Below are positions 51,826-64,000 of a DNA stretch of 64,000 bases, piece after piece (positions within the stretch are counted from its first letter, which is position 1; each line of letters begins with the position of its first letter). This stretch comes from Eledone cirrhosa (taxonomy: Eukaryota): contig OZ024740.1 in NCBI GenBank assembly GCA_964016885.1, positions 86,676,001-86,740,000 of the forward strand. The letters run 5' to 3'. The notes beneath the pieces are model-generated. The model was not told where the DNA came from. It searched no databases and saw only the letters and a program-made list of their open reading frames with translations. The translations under genes were made by a program, and so were the position numbers.

Positions 51826-53090
51826 ATATATGTTTGATATAACTATAAATATGTAGGGTAGTACTAAGTACTAACCGGTTACCGGTATGACAAAAGGCTC
51901 AATGCATATTTTCAAGTGTTTTACAGAGCCGAGATACAAAGTATTAAAACGATCAAATTTTAGTTTAGAACATTTGTTTGCTGACAATTGTTTCTTCCAG
52001 AGGGAAGTCTGGATTCATCGGAACATAAAGAATGTTGAAACATGTAACTAAAATCCTAGTCATTTAGAACATTTAGGGTACATAATTGTTATTAGTGTCA
52101 AAGGCATCATGTGGAGAGTCAGGAGTTAAAAAGATGTTCTGCTTGAAAGAACACAATTACGACGGTTTTGGCGAGTTATCTGAATGGAGAAGAAGAAGGA
52201 AAACAAGTGCTAAAGATAATGTTAGCTAGGAAATACTTATTAGCTGCAATATATTTTAGAATGTACCATTCGTTTTCAAGGGATCCATTGGGAATTTCGA
52301 GGAATGTCGGAGAGGACAGTTTTATGCCTGTGTTTCGTGTAGTATTTATTTTAAGCCGTTGTGTTAAGAAAAACTAAAGTTAAAAATCAGCGATAGCAAG
52401 TTTACAAGCATTGCATAATGTTATTAAATATGGCAGACTGAATAATGGCGATAATCAGCTAGTTGACCTTTCGATGTCTTCATTGTTATGTAGTTTGCTT
52501 ATTAGATTTATTATTTATTCTGATTTGGGTATCCGAGTAAAATTAGCCATTGACCCTCGTTCCTTTCCAATCAATTATTCATGGGCAATTTCAGTTGCTT
52601 TAGCAAAATGGCTTCTTGATCCTCAAGGTGCCTATGTTGCGTTCTGTGGCTAGTATCGTGACTGTGAGGCTCTTATCTTTGCTTCTGCATTTAAGGTTGC
52701 GTTTTCGGAACGACATGGAATTAGTGGTGACGTGTTCCTTAATTCTGATGTGCAGATATCAAACTGTGCTGCCAATGTAGCAATCATTGCACGTGGATCG
52801 TATCCTTATCCCCCTGTCTTCTCAACAGTATATTCGAGTCATTCAGCAACACGGACGAACATATCAAATTCTAATACCAAATTCCTCGCTTTTCTCGTCA
52901 TTCGACTGAACATCACGGAAAGTGGCGAAATCAACACCGACATCTACAACAAAGCGGCTTATAGGAAGGTTTTCTTTCACTATGAATCTGCCATTCCCCA
53001 CAATGTGAAAAGAGGATACATCGAAATCGAAGTCAAACGCATTCAAAATAAATGCAGAGACGCCGCAAGTAATGTCACCTGCATCAGGTA
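51826..53090 (-). mobile_element. PLE remnant: GIY-YIG, 3' UTR and hammerhead on minus, with an RT-thumb piece inverted on plus
   Basis: Minus 52570-52800 reads STCNDCYIGSTV*YLHIRIKEH...TLRIK/EAILLKQLK. Plus 52875-53090 reads KFLAF...INTDIYNK...FFHYESAIPHNVKRG. The 3' end is at (TA)n. Confidence 0.8.
51979..52025 (-). ncRNA. Hammerhead with CCGATGA core, in the PLE 3' UTR
   Basis: Minus strand: tgtt CCGATGA atccaga-cttccc-tctggaa GAAA caattg TC agca. Confidence 0.8.
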
Positions 53091-53639
53091 GTTTATTGTC
53101 TGTATACTCATTTTCTTCTCTTCCTTCTTGACTTCATTTTCTTCATCTTCTCAGCCCTTTGCCAGTATGTTTTTCCTATTTGTTTTGTGTGGTAAATTTT
53201 AATCCGTTTTAATACCTTTTTTTTACAGAAAACTCTGTTATTTCAGCCTCTCTTTTATATTTGCTAGTTCCTTGAAGACAGAAAGCAGGTCTTAAGTTAT
53301 TTGTATGTTTTCAATTATTCTTTACTGGATATTTTTGTAGTCCTGCAGGGGATATTTTGTAATAGCTTTCTAGTTGGATAAGGCCTATATCTCCCAGTAT
53401 TCTTGATAAATATAATATTTTTATATGGTTTATATAATACTAACCTCTCAATAATAAATCAACTCTGAGATTGTCATGTAACTCTAAGATGACTCTTCTC
53501 CTCCTCAAATCTTTCTAATATGCCTTGTAAAAATAAATTGTTGCTATGATACACTCTTTTATTGCTATTGTTGGATAGCTGCAAGTCAGTTAAGGTTTAA
53601 CAGACATAGGATGAAAGGTATCCCAGCTCTGAAAAGAAA

Positions 53640-55735
53640 GAGTTACAAGAAAGAGACAGGAAGGGAAAGAGGGTTAGGGTTACAAGAAAGAGACAAAAAG
53701 GGAAGGAGGGTTAGGGTTACAAGAAAGAGACAAAAAGGGAAAGAGGGTTAGGGCTACAAGAAAGGAGGTTTAGGGCTACAAGAAAAAGACAAAAAGGGAA
53801 GGAGGTTTAGGGTTACAAGAAAGAGACAAAAAGGGAAGAAGGTTTAGGGTTACAAGAAAGAGACAAAAAGGGAAGGAGGTTTAGGGTTACAAGAAAGAAA
53901 CAAAAAGGTAAAGAGGTTTAGTGTTACAAGAAAGAGACGAAAAGGGAAGGAGGTTTAGGGTTACAAGAAAGAGACAAAAAGGGAAGGAGGTTTAGGGTTA
54001 CAAGAAAGAGACAAAAAGGGAAGGAGGTTTAGGGTTACAAGAAAGAGACAAAAAGGGAAGGAGGTTTAGGGTTACAAGAAAGAGACAAAAAGGGAAGGAG
54101 GTTTAGGGTTACAAGAAAAAGACAAAAGGGAAGGATGTTTAGGGTTACAAGAAAGAGACAAAAAGGGAAGGAGGTTTAGGGCTACAAGAAAAAGACAAAA
54201 GGGGAAGGACGTTTAGGACTACAAGAAAAAGACAGAAAGGGAAGGCGGTTTAGTGCTACAAGAAAGAGACAAAAAAGGAAGGAGGTTTAGTGTTACAAGA
54301 AAGAAACAAAAAGGGAAGGAGGTTTAGTGTTACAAGAAAGAGACAAAAAGGGAAGGAGGTTTAGTGTTACAAGAAAGAGACAAAAAGGGAAGGAGGTTTA
54401 GGGTTACAAGAAAGAAACAAAAAGGGAAGGAGGTATAGTGTTACAAGAAAGAGACAAAAAGGGAAGGAGGTTTAGGGTTACAAGAAAGAGACAAAAAGGG
54501 AAGGAGGTTTAGGGTTACAAGAAAGAAACAAAAAGGGAAGGAGGTTTAGACAAAAAGGGAAGGAGGTTTAGTGTTACAAGAAAGAGACAAAAAGGGAAGG
54601 AGGTTTAGGATTACAAGAAAGAAACAAAAAGGAAAGGAGGTTTAGTGTTACAAGAAAGAGACAAAAAGGGAAGGGGGTTTAGGGTTACAAGAAAGAGACA
54701 AAAAGGGAAGGAGGTTTAGTGTTACAAGAAAGAGACAAAAAGGGAAGGAGGTTTAGTGTTACAAGAAAGAGACAAAAAGGGAAGGAGGTTTAGTGTTACA
54801 AGAAAGAAACAAAAAGGTAAAGAGGTTTAGTGCTACAAGAAAAAGACAAAAAGGGAAGGAGGTTTAGGGTTACAAGAAAGAGACAAAAAGGGAAGGAGGT
54901 TTAGTGTTACGAGAAAGAGACAAAAAGGTAAAGAGGTTTAGTGTTACAAGAAAGAGACAAAAAGGGAAGGAGGTTTAGGGTTACAAGAAAGAGACAAAAA
55001 GGGAAGGAGGTTTAGGGTTACAAGAAAGAGACAAAAAGGGAAGGAGGTTTAGTGTTACAAGAAAGAGACAAAAAGGGAAGGAGGTTTAGTGTTACAAGAA
55101 AGAAACAAAAAGGTAAAGAGGTTTAGTGCTACAAGAAAGAGACAAAAAGGAAAGGAGGTTTAGGGTTACAAGAAAGAGACAAAAAGGGAAGGTTTAGTGT
55201 TACAAGAAAGAGACAAAAAGGTAGAGAGGTTTAGTGTTACAAGAACGAGACAAAAAGGGAAGGGGGTTTAGGGTTACAAGGAAGAGACAAAAAGGGAAGG
55301 AGGTTTAGGGTTACAAGAAAGATACAAAAAGGGAAGGAGGTTTAGGGTTACAAGAAAGAGACAAAAAGGGAAGGAGGTTTAGGGTTACAAGAAAGAGACA
55401 AAAAGGGAAGGAGGTTTAGGGTTACAAGAAAGAAACAAAAAGGTAAAGAGGTTTAGTGTTACAAGAAAGAGACAAAAAGGTAAAAAGGTTTAGTGTTACA
55501 AGAAAGAGACAAAAGGGGAAGGAGGTTTAGGGTTACAAGAAAGAGACAAAAAGGGAAGGAGGTTTAGGGTTACAAGAAAGAGACAAAAAGGGAAGGAGGG
55601 TTAGGGTTACAAGAAAGAGACAAAAAGGGAAGAGGGTTTAGGGTTACAAGAATAGGACAGGAAGGAAAGGAGGTTTAGGGTTACAAGAAAGAGACAAAAA
55701 TGGAAGTAGGTTTAGAGTAACAAGAATAGGACGGA
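53640..55735. repeat. 37-bp minisatellite, about 55 copies, purine-rich on plus
   Basis: Unit gaggtttagggttacaagaaagagacaaaaagggaag (starts at 54061 and 54098). Variants tagtgtt and ggtaaag. Confidence 0.97.
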
Positions 55736-56100
55736 CAGGAATGGCATTCTAGACAGATGATGTTCTGGCAAGGGGGACGTAGTAGGGTTTATTTCAGAAC
55801 CTGTGGAGAAAATATGAGGAGAAGCGAATGAGTTATGAGTACATACATGGTGGCGTGATACTTGACGATTCTAATGAGCCGAGATTATTGTAATAATAGT
55901 AGAATAAATAGAAAGAGGATAAAGGTGTGTTTGAAATGTTGTCAGAGAAAGAGGGAGAAAGAATGGATTCAGATATCTGACAGCCATAGCTTAGTTTGTG
56001 GTCAGAAAGATGTTGGCGTGTGGTCAGAGATAAAACAACCAGCATGTATGAGGATCTGTGCCAGCTTAAGTAGAGTTGGACTGCTATGTTGAACAAGTCA
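55736..56100 (-). pseudogene. Decayed CR1/L2/jockey-like LINE C-terminal remnant
   Basis: Minus strand SSFYLFYYYYNNLGSLESSSITPP...PLARTSSV*NAIP resembles the LFYRYY..CS.EL...PP...PRT..LWN.LP tail of these LINEs. Confidence 0.45.
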
Positions 56101-56117
56101 AATGACAATATAGTATC

Positions 56118-56281
56118 ATTGGCAGTATCGGTAGATGGTCGGACGCCATGCTTTGACGCAAAGAGTTACGGCCCTTTCCATTCTGAGTTCAAATCCCGCC
56201 GAGGTTAACTTTGCCTTTCATCCTTACAGGGTCGATAAAATAAATTACCAGTAATTGCTGGCCTTGTGTCAAAAGTAGAAA
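56118..56281 (+). mobile_element. tRNA-derived SINE (family S1) with a 13-bp target-site duplication
   Basis: acaatatagtatc at 56105-56117 and 56281-56293. B-box gagttcaaatcc. Confidence 0.9.
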
Positions 56282-56984
56282 CAATATAGTATCTTCCATT
56301 TTCAAAATGGTAACTAGTTCGTGAATATAAATGTTGGTTGTTATTTATTAGGTGAAATGACTAGAAAGAAACTTCCTAAACTCGATTGCCATGTATTATT
56401 TCGTTACAAAGCTATAATGTAACTGACAAAAGTAACGTGATAAATAACAAGGTGTGATACAAGAAAATATAGAATTTATGAATACAAAATTTTTTTTTAA
56501 GGAATAAACATAAGAGCATTGTGTGAAAAATGAGATTCTGCTAGAAGGTAAAGAAACAAATAAACAACACGAGAACAATGGTAAAGATAAGAAGAATAGA
56601 AGTAAAGTCTACCTCTTTATTAAAGATATACACTTAAACCTGTGTGTATGCAGCGTGTGTATTTATTTGAAAGTCGAGTTATGAACTAAAAGCCACTTTC
56701 AATTAAAAACACAAGACGAGGTTATATGTCGCGAATAATATTTTCATCTAATATATTACATTAAAATAAATGTGATTCGTTACTGATAGTCATATGTTTC
56801 ACTCTGTAGGAGCTTTTTCAAATGAATTCGTTTGAAAAAGCTTCTACAAAATCGAATATATGATCATCTACAACAAATCAGATTTATTTTAATGTAATAC
56901 ATTATATATGTGCATGTGTGTGTGTGTATGCATGTGTGTGTACATGTGTGTGTATGTATGTGTGTGTATGTATGAATGTATGTA

Positions 56985-58461
<1,477 letters not shown>

Positions 58462-58477
58462 TAAAATAACAGATTAA

Positions 58478-58528
58478 AGTTTAAGCAAAGAATCGCTGCT
58501 TTCACCCTTAACGGGATCTTCTGAAACT
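58478..58528 (-). ncRNA. Family B hammerhead-like motif (CAGAAGA core), in insert 58457-58557
   Basis: Minus strand: agttt CAGAAGA tcccgttaagggt GAAA gca-gcgattctt-tgc TT aaact. Confidence 0.65.
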
Positions 58529-58554
58529 AAAATAATCAATCTGTGAACGCAGAA

Positions 58555-58698
<144 letters not shown>

Positions 58699-59041
58699 AC
58701 CAAACTATGAAAGATCGAACAATCAAAAGTAGGGACATAGTTGCACATATTTAGATGAATACGGATACTTATAATTACCTACACACAACGGTGAAAAAAC
58801 ATCGAAAAAATATGGAAGGAGCAGCCGAAAATTCTAGACAAATGTGCGCAACCCAACCGACAGTATAAAGCTTCTCCCATTCTTTCTCCCTTCGTTATTT
58901 CTATTACATTTTTTTTCTTTCTTCCCACTACCTACTACCCTTTTTATTTTATTTTTATTTTTATCTTTTTTATTTTTATTATTAGATTTAAAAAAAAAAC
59001 TCTTTATTCTATACATTTGTTCATTTCTAAATAAACATATA

Positions 59042-59097
<56 letters not shown>

Positions 59098-59295
59098 AAA
59101 GTTCTATTTAAATTGTTGGGATACAACAAGAAAATATTTTTATAATTGATATAAAGCACTCAACAAATATTTGGAGGAAAAATACATTAACAAATGGAAA
59201 CTATATTTATAAAACCATATTTATTTCATTATACATATTTCAAGGACACCAAGTTAAATTATGGTGCGCTTTCATCAGATAAAATATAATATAGA

Positions 59296-59569
59296 GCAGC
59301 TTTATAAATAAATATTGACATACCCTTAAAGAATGCATCCATTACAGTTCATTTTGGCTGAATTCGTTTCGATATCACGAGATAATTTATGTTTTTCTTT
59401 TGTTTCAGCAGCTTTATAAATAAATATTGACATACCCTTAAAGGATGCAACCATTACAGTAATGGTTGTATTCTTTAAGGGTATGTCAATATTTATTTAT
59501 AAAGCTGCAGAAGCAAAAAAAAAAAAAAATTATCTCGTGATATCGAAACGAATTCAGCCAAAATGAACT
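59296..59569. repeat. Combined direct and inverted repeat
   Basis: About 59296-59348 repeats at about 59408-59460, and about 59347-59458 is the near reverse complement of about 59460-59569. Confidence 0.75.
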
Positions 59570-60330
59570 CTTCCACACCGAACACCACTGACGCCACCAC
59601 CACCACTGAAACTAAAATTAACAATAACAAAAATAACGATAACAACAACAGCAACAATGAGAATAAGAAAACCCGGTCTTTTGCCAGAGTAGCGAAAACG
59701 TGCGAAGCATTCCAGGTAACTCAGGAGGAATTAGAAGAAGCCAAAAAAATGGTAAAGAAAGATGGGTCACAACCACGCCACAACCAAAACCAACGCCTGT
59801 GGAGGATTTTCCACTCCCCGACCTATCGCAACTGGAGACAGATTGTGACGACGAGGAGTGGGAAACGGTATCTGAAAAAAAGAAAAAAAGAAAAAGAAAC
59901 CAAAAAAGAAAAAATCCCCTTCCTTCCCCCTCCAAAAACAAAATACAGAGGGAAACAAATAAACTATCAAACAAAAAGGTTAGGACAGCTATGCCACCAT
60001 CCACACCAGCATCACCAACCCCATCACCCCAAACACCAACACCATCACCATCATTAACCCCCCCCCCCCCAACACCACCATCACCAACACCACAAAAGTC
60101 ACCAGAAAGCGAAACAGAAACAAGCCCACAACAAATGCAAACAAAACAAAACAACCAAAACGATACACACTACACAGCAATAAATTTGAACAACCAATTA
60201 TTACACTACATCCAACACAACACCAGCATCACAGAAAAAGACTACACAACAACACAAAAGTTCACACCACCTCCACACATACAAATCACTCGCATCACAC
60301 AGAAAACGTACACGACACTGAAACAAAAAT
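59570..60330 (+). pseudogene. Internally deleted ORF1 of a divergent Tx1 family
   Basis: RSFARVAK...VTQEELEEAKKMVKKDG, FPLPDLSQLETDCDDEEWETVS and YTAINLNNQLLHYIQHNTSI align with ORF1 11009-13108 but are clearly diverged. Confidence 0.8.
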
Positions 60331-63300
60331 TCCGTCTATGCCGTGACAGGAGCAGGGCGGCCTGATTTATTCCGGCGTCTGGAGACCTTTCTTGGAACGT
60401 CCCGCTCTTTAGTGTTAGTGGGCGACTGGAACGGGATCTTAGATGCACGCTGGGATTGTGTGGGATTAGCGGATAGGGGAGGAGGGTGCAAGAGCCTCAT
60501 CAACCTGCTCAGGCGTTTTGAACTGTCTGTCAGGTACCGATTGGATTTCCCGAATGGGCCAATGTGGACTTAAACAAATCGCATAGGGTCATCCAGATCA
60601 TATCTAGATAGAGTATTTTGTAGGGAAATAGATAGGTCTAGCATAGGCTGTCCACAATTCAAAATAGTCAGCTACACGGACCACAAATTCGTGATCTGTG
60701 TGCTTGATTTAGATAGGCTTCATAGACGAGGATCCGGCTACTGGTAGCTAAACGCATCCTTACCAACGCGCAAGGCCTACAGAGACCGAATTAGCGAACT
60801 AGTTAAGCGGGCGTTGACGGGGGCCATCGTCAACAACAAGTGGTGGTTTGCTCTGAAAAGAGCGATTAGAATAGAGTCCATTAGGTTTAATAAGGCTTTA
60901 GCAATAGAGAAAAATAGAGCAGAGGGAGAATTAGTTAGAAAATTAGACGAGGCGCTTAACAAAGGTATCGCGACCGACACACTTGCGGCGAAATTGGCCC
61001 TTGACCAATTCTTCAATGCAAAGCACGAAGGCTGCGTTCTCAGAGCTAGGGTGCGTGCTCTCAGACACGAGGGGACGAAAGCCGTTCAATGGGCTCGAGT
61101 GGCGGAGGCGCGTCGTGGCAACAAAGCCACGATCCGATCTTTGGTGGACCATGACGGGCGCATGCTACTCGATACCTGGCAAATGTGTGAAGCTTTTCAG
61201 CGACACTTCGCACAGCTGTTCGGGGGCAGCGGCGGGCCGAATCGAGGGATGGACTTTAGTGTCTACCTCGACGGACTGCCGCGGCTCTCGGCCACTGAGG
61301 CGGAGTGTTGCGAAAAGCCGATAACAGCCGCTGAAGTACGGGAGGCAATGACTGGCTGCACAAGGGGTAAATCGCCTGGTTTGGATGGTCTGCCCTATGA
61401 ACTTTACGTAGAGGCCAGACTTGTTCGGAGGACTCTTGGCGGACGTCTACTGCAACTGGCAACAGAACGGGAGAATTCCCAGCTCTGTGAGCCGAGGAGC
61501 GGTGGCCCTGCTGAGAAAGGATCCGAACAAGGGGGATAACATAGATAATTTCAGGCCCATAACTGCTAAACACAGAGTTCAAGATTTTGGCCAAGGTGTT
61601 AGCAAAGAGGTTGGCGCTTGTCGTTGGTGGTCTGGTGGGAGAGGCGCAGACATGCGCCATTCCCGACAGATCCATCCACGACAACCTCCATCTCATGCGA
61701 TACATCGTAGAGAGGGTAGCTAGGGAATCTGGCACGGGTGGGTCCTTGATCAATTTAGATCAGTCGAAAGCTTTCGATAGGGTCGACCATCGTTACCTAG
61801 CGGCAGTCCTGAGAGCGGCTGGCTTTGGGCCCGTCTTCAGAGGCTGGATCGCTGCCATGCACAGCGATATCTGCTCTGTGGTGAGAGTGAACGGTCACCT
61901 TTCGGAACCGTTCAACATCATGCGCTCGGTCCGCCAAGGATGTCCCCTCTCGTCCCTCTTGTACGTATTGACTCTCGAGCCATTACTGCACAAACTGGAG
62001 ACGTTGAGGTGCGTCCCGCGCGAACTAGGATGCGGAAGATCCGTGTCAGCATATGCGGACGATGTCACCGTAGTGGTGTCGAACGCCAAACACATCAAGG
62101 CGATCGGCGCTACACTAAGAGAATACGATGCGGTGACAGGAGCAATGATCAACCAAGAAATGTCAGTGGGCCTGCAGCTCGACACCTGGAGAGGCAGGTC
62201 CATGCCGTCCAACAGCGTCGTCGGACGCTGGACGGACGAACCGGTTAAATTGCTAGGGGTCTGGTTCGGTCCGGACCTCCAGACGGACAAAAACTGGGAC
62301 GAGGTGACGAGCAGAGTGGCTTCTCTCACCCAGAAATGGGCGGAGAGGAAGCTATCCCTGAAAGGTCGAGCGGAGGTGGCTAACGCGTACATCGCGTCTG
62401 TCATCTGCTACCGCCTGACCGTCGTACCTTGTCCTAAGCCCCGCCTGACTGCGCTGGAGCGTTTGCTCTTTCGCTTTTTGTGGAAGGGACGCGCTCCGAT
62501 GGTCAGGCGGTCCATCTGCCGTCAACACCTGCTACGTGGAGGGCTGGGCATGCCGTGGCTGATGATGCGCAGACATGCGCTCAGGCTACGACATCTCCAC
62601 CTCTTCCTCGACGGTGATCAGGTGTGGTCGCCGTTTACTAGACACGTATTTCCCCAGATCGTTTCCTTGACGGAGCTGCAGTCCTGGGTCAAGCGAAGAC
62701 CGAGAGGGAGCGCCTGGAGGCTGGAATGTCTTCAGGCGCTCACAGCCCTCGACCAATCGGGCAATGTGATCGGTGGAATCTCCACCTCGGCGTTCTATAG
62801 AGGATTAGTGGAGGGGAAGAGCGACGACGTACTTGGGGAAACTCTAGGCATCGACGAAAATCAACTAGCCAATCTCTTCGGAAGAACTTTCGGGCCGGGA
62901 CCTATGAACAACTTCCAGAAATCTCTGGCCTGGCAGTGCTACCGAGGAGCCTTGCCAGTTCGGGATAAACTCTACAGGCATGGAGGTGCCGTCAGCCGGG
63001 CATGTCTGAGATGCGCGCAGGGCGACGAAACCGTCCTGCACGCACTCGTCCAGTGTCCGAAAATTGCTGACTTGTGGGTTTATATCGAACACCTGCTGTC
63101 GCGTGTACGACGGATCCGGCTATCATCTGAGTCCATCGTGAGGATTGCCCCGCCCTCTTCCTTTAGCCGGGAAGGGCAGGCAGTTTTTATCTGTCTGGTG
63201 GCCATGGCGAAAGAGATAGTATGGTGGACACGTTTGAAAGGGCTGAAGACGAGCACTTACCTCTTCGGTGATGCCCTGATTGACTTTTTCAAATTTCATT

Positions 63301-63669
63301 TGAAAAGGAAAATCAGAGTAGAGAGGGAAGTGCTCTCTTCCCATCTTTTTGTTGAAAGATGGGTGAGATAAGCAAGAATGGCCCGAGTGAATGGGCCTAC
63401 TCTGAGTACGTATATGTAAATTAAAGGTGGAAAACTGGGAGAGGGCACTTGCCTTGGTGGTCAGGGTCACTGTGGCCTTTTACTGGGCTTTCTCCCCAAA
63501 TGTCCCTCCGAAATCTCCCCCTTATTGGGGAATTTTTCATTGTTATTTGTTTGTTACATCTTCTGTTTTTTGTTTTTTACACGCAGAAATGCCCATTAGT
63601 ACCGTCCTGTATTGTCCTGCACTGTCCTTAATGTCTACTTTATGTAAACCCTTGTGGTTAATAAAGAAA

Positions 63670-63700
<31 letters not shown>
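60331..63700 (+). mobile_element. Decayed copy of the 7291-13321 Tx1 element (most of ORF2, 3' UTR, (TTA)n tail)
   Basis: Near-identical protein segments, with stops near 60571, 60746 and 63369 and frameshifts near 61410 and 61565. AATAAA is followed by (TTA)n at 63672-63700. Confidence 0.95.
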
Positions 63701-64000
63701 CAGTATGTTCGGACGCTTTTTGTTCGCTCCCAGTAAGTCGCTTTATTTACCTGATATAACTATTTGTTGCTTAATTGTTCTTCTTGTGTAACGGATATAA
63801 GCCCTTGGACTTTGCCCTGTGAAGGGGAAAGTATAATATTTGGGACTTTTGGCCCAAATATTTGATTAATATTTGAACATTTTACTTTTTAAAAAAAAAC
63901 ATGGCTGAGCCACGACCCCAACAATATGTCTGCTGTCGTGTGACAACGGCGTAAACGTTGAGAGGAGCGTTAGTGAAATTCATAAAGCAACCACCACCAC

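Noticed and set aside
53640-55735. 37-bp array as a CRISPR array or a telomere
   Set aside because: The units are contiguous with no unique spacers and there are no cas genes. TTAGGG occurs about once per unit and not as a pure tandem run.

Overview
AT-rich, microsatellite-dense animal DNA with no recognisable host protein-coding gene. The SINE, RTE, R4/Dong and (TA)n content suggests an octopus or other coleoid cephalopod, but that is an inference. The window is mostly retroelements: (1) one apparently intact Tx1/L1-clade LINE (7291-13321, minus; ORF1 with CCHC knuckle, ORF2 APE-RT-Zn) in an (AAT)n tract, a decayed near-identical copy at 60.3-63.7 kb, and two fragments of a sister family at (GATA)n; (2) a decayed R4/Dong RLE-LINE at (TACA)n; (3) RTE fragments, at least five Penelope-like element (PLE) coding remnants, tRNA-derived SINEs, an Hsmar2-like mariner and a 37-bp TTAGGG-containing minisatellite. 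The most notable signal is non-coding. About 15 type I hammerhead ribozyme motifs can be read by eye, most in short ORF-less inserts in or beside (TA)n tracts. Several inserts are 470-590 bp monomers with terminal redundancy (retrozyme-like), and one starts at its own predicted cleavage site. Many show twin-priming-like inversions that break at the ribozyme, and several have non-canonical cores (U3:A8, C4, A4). All structures were read by eye; no folding, alignment or database search was run.
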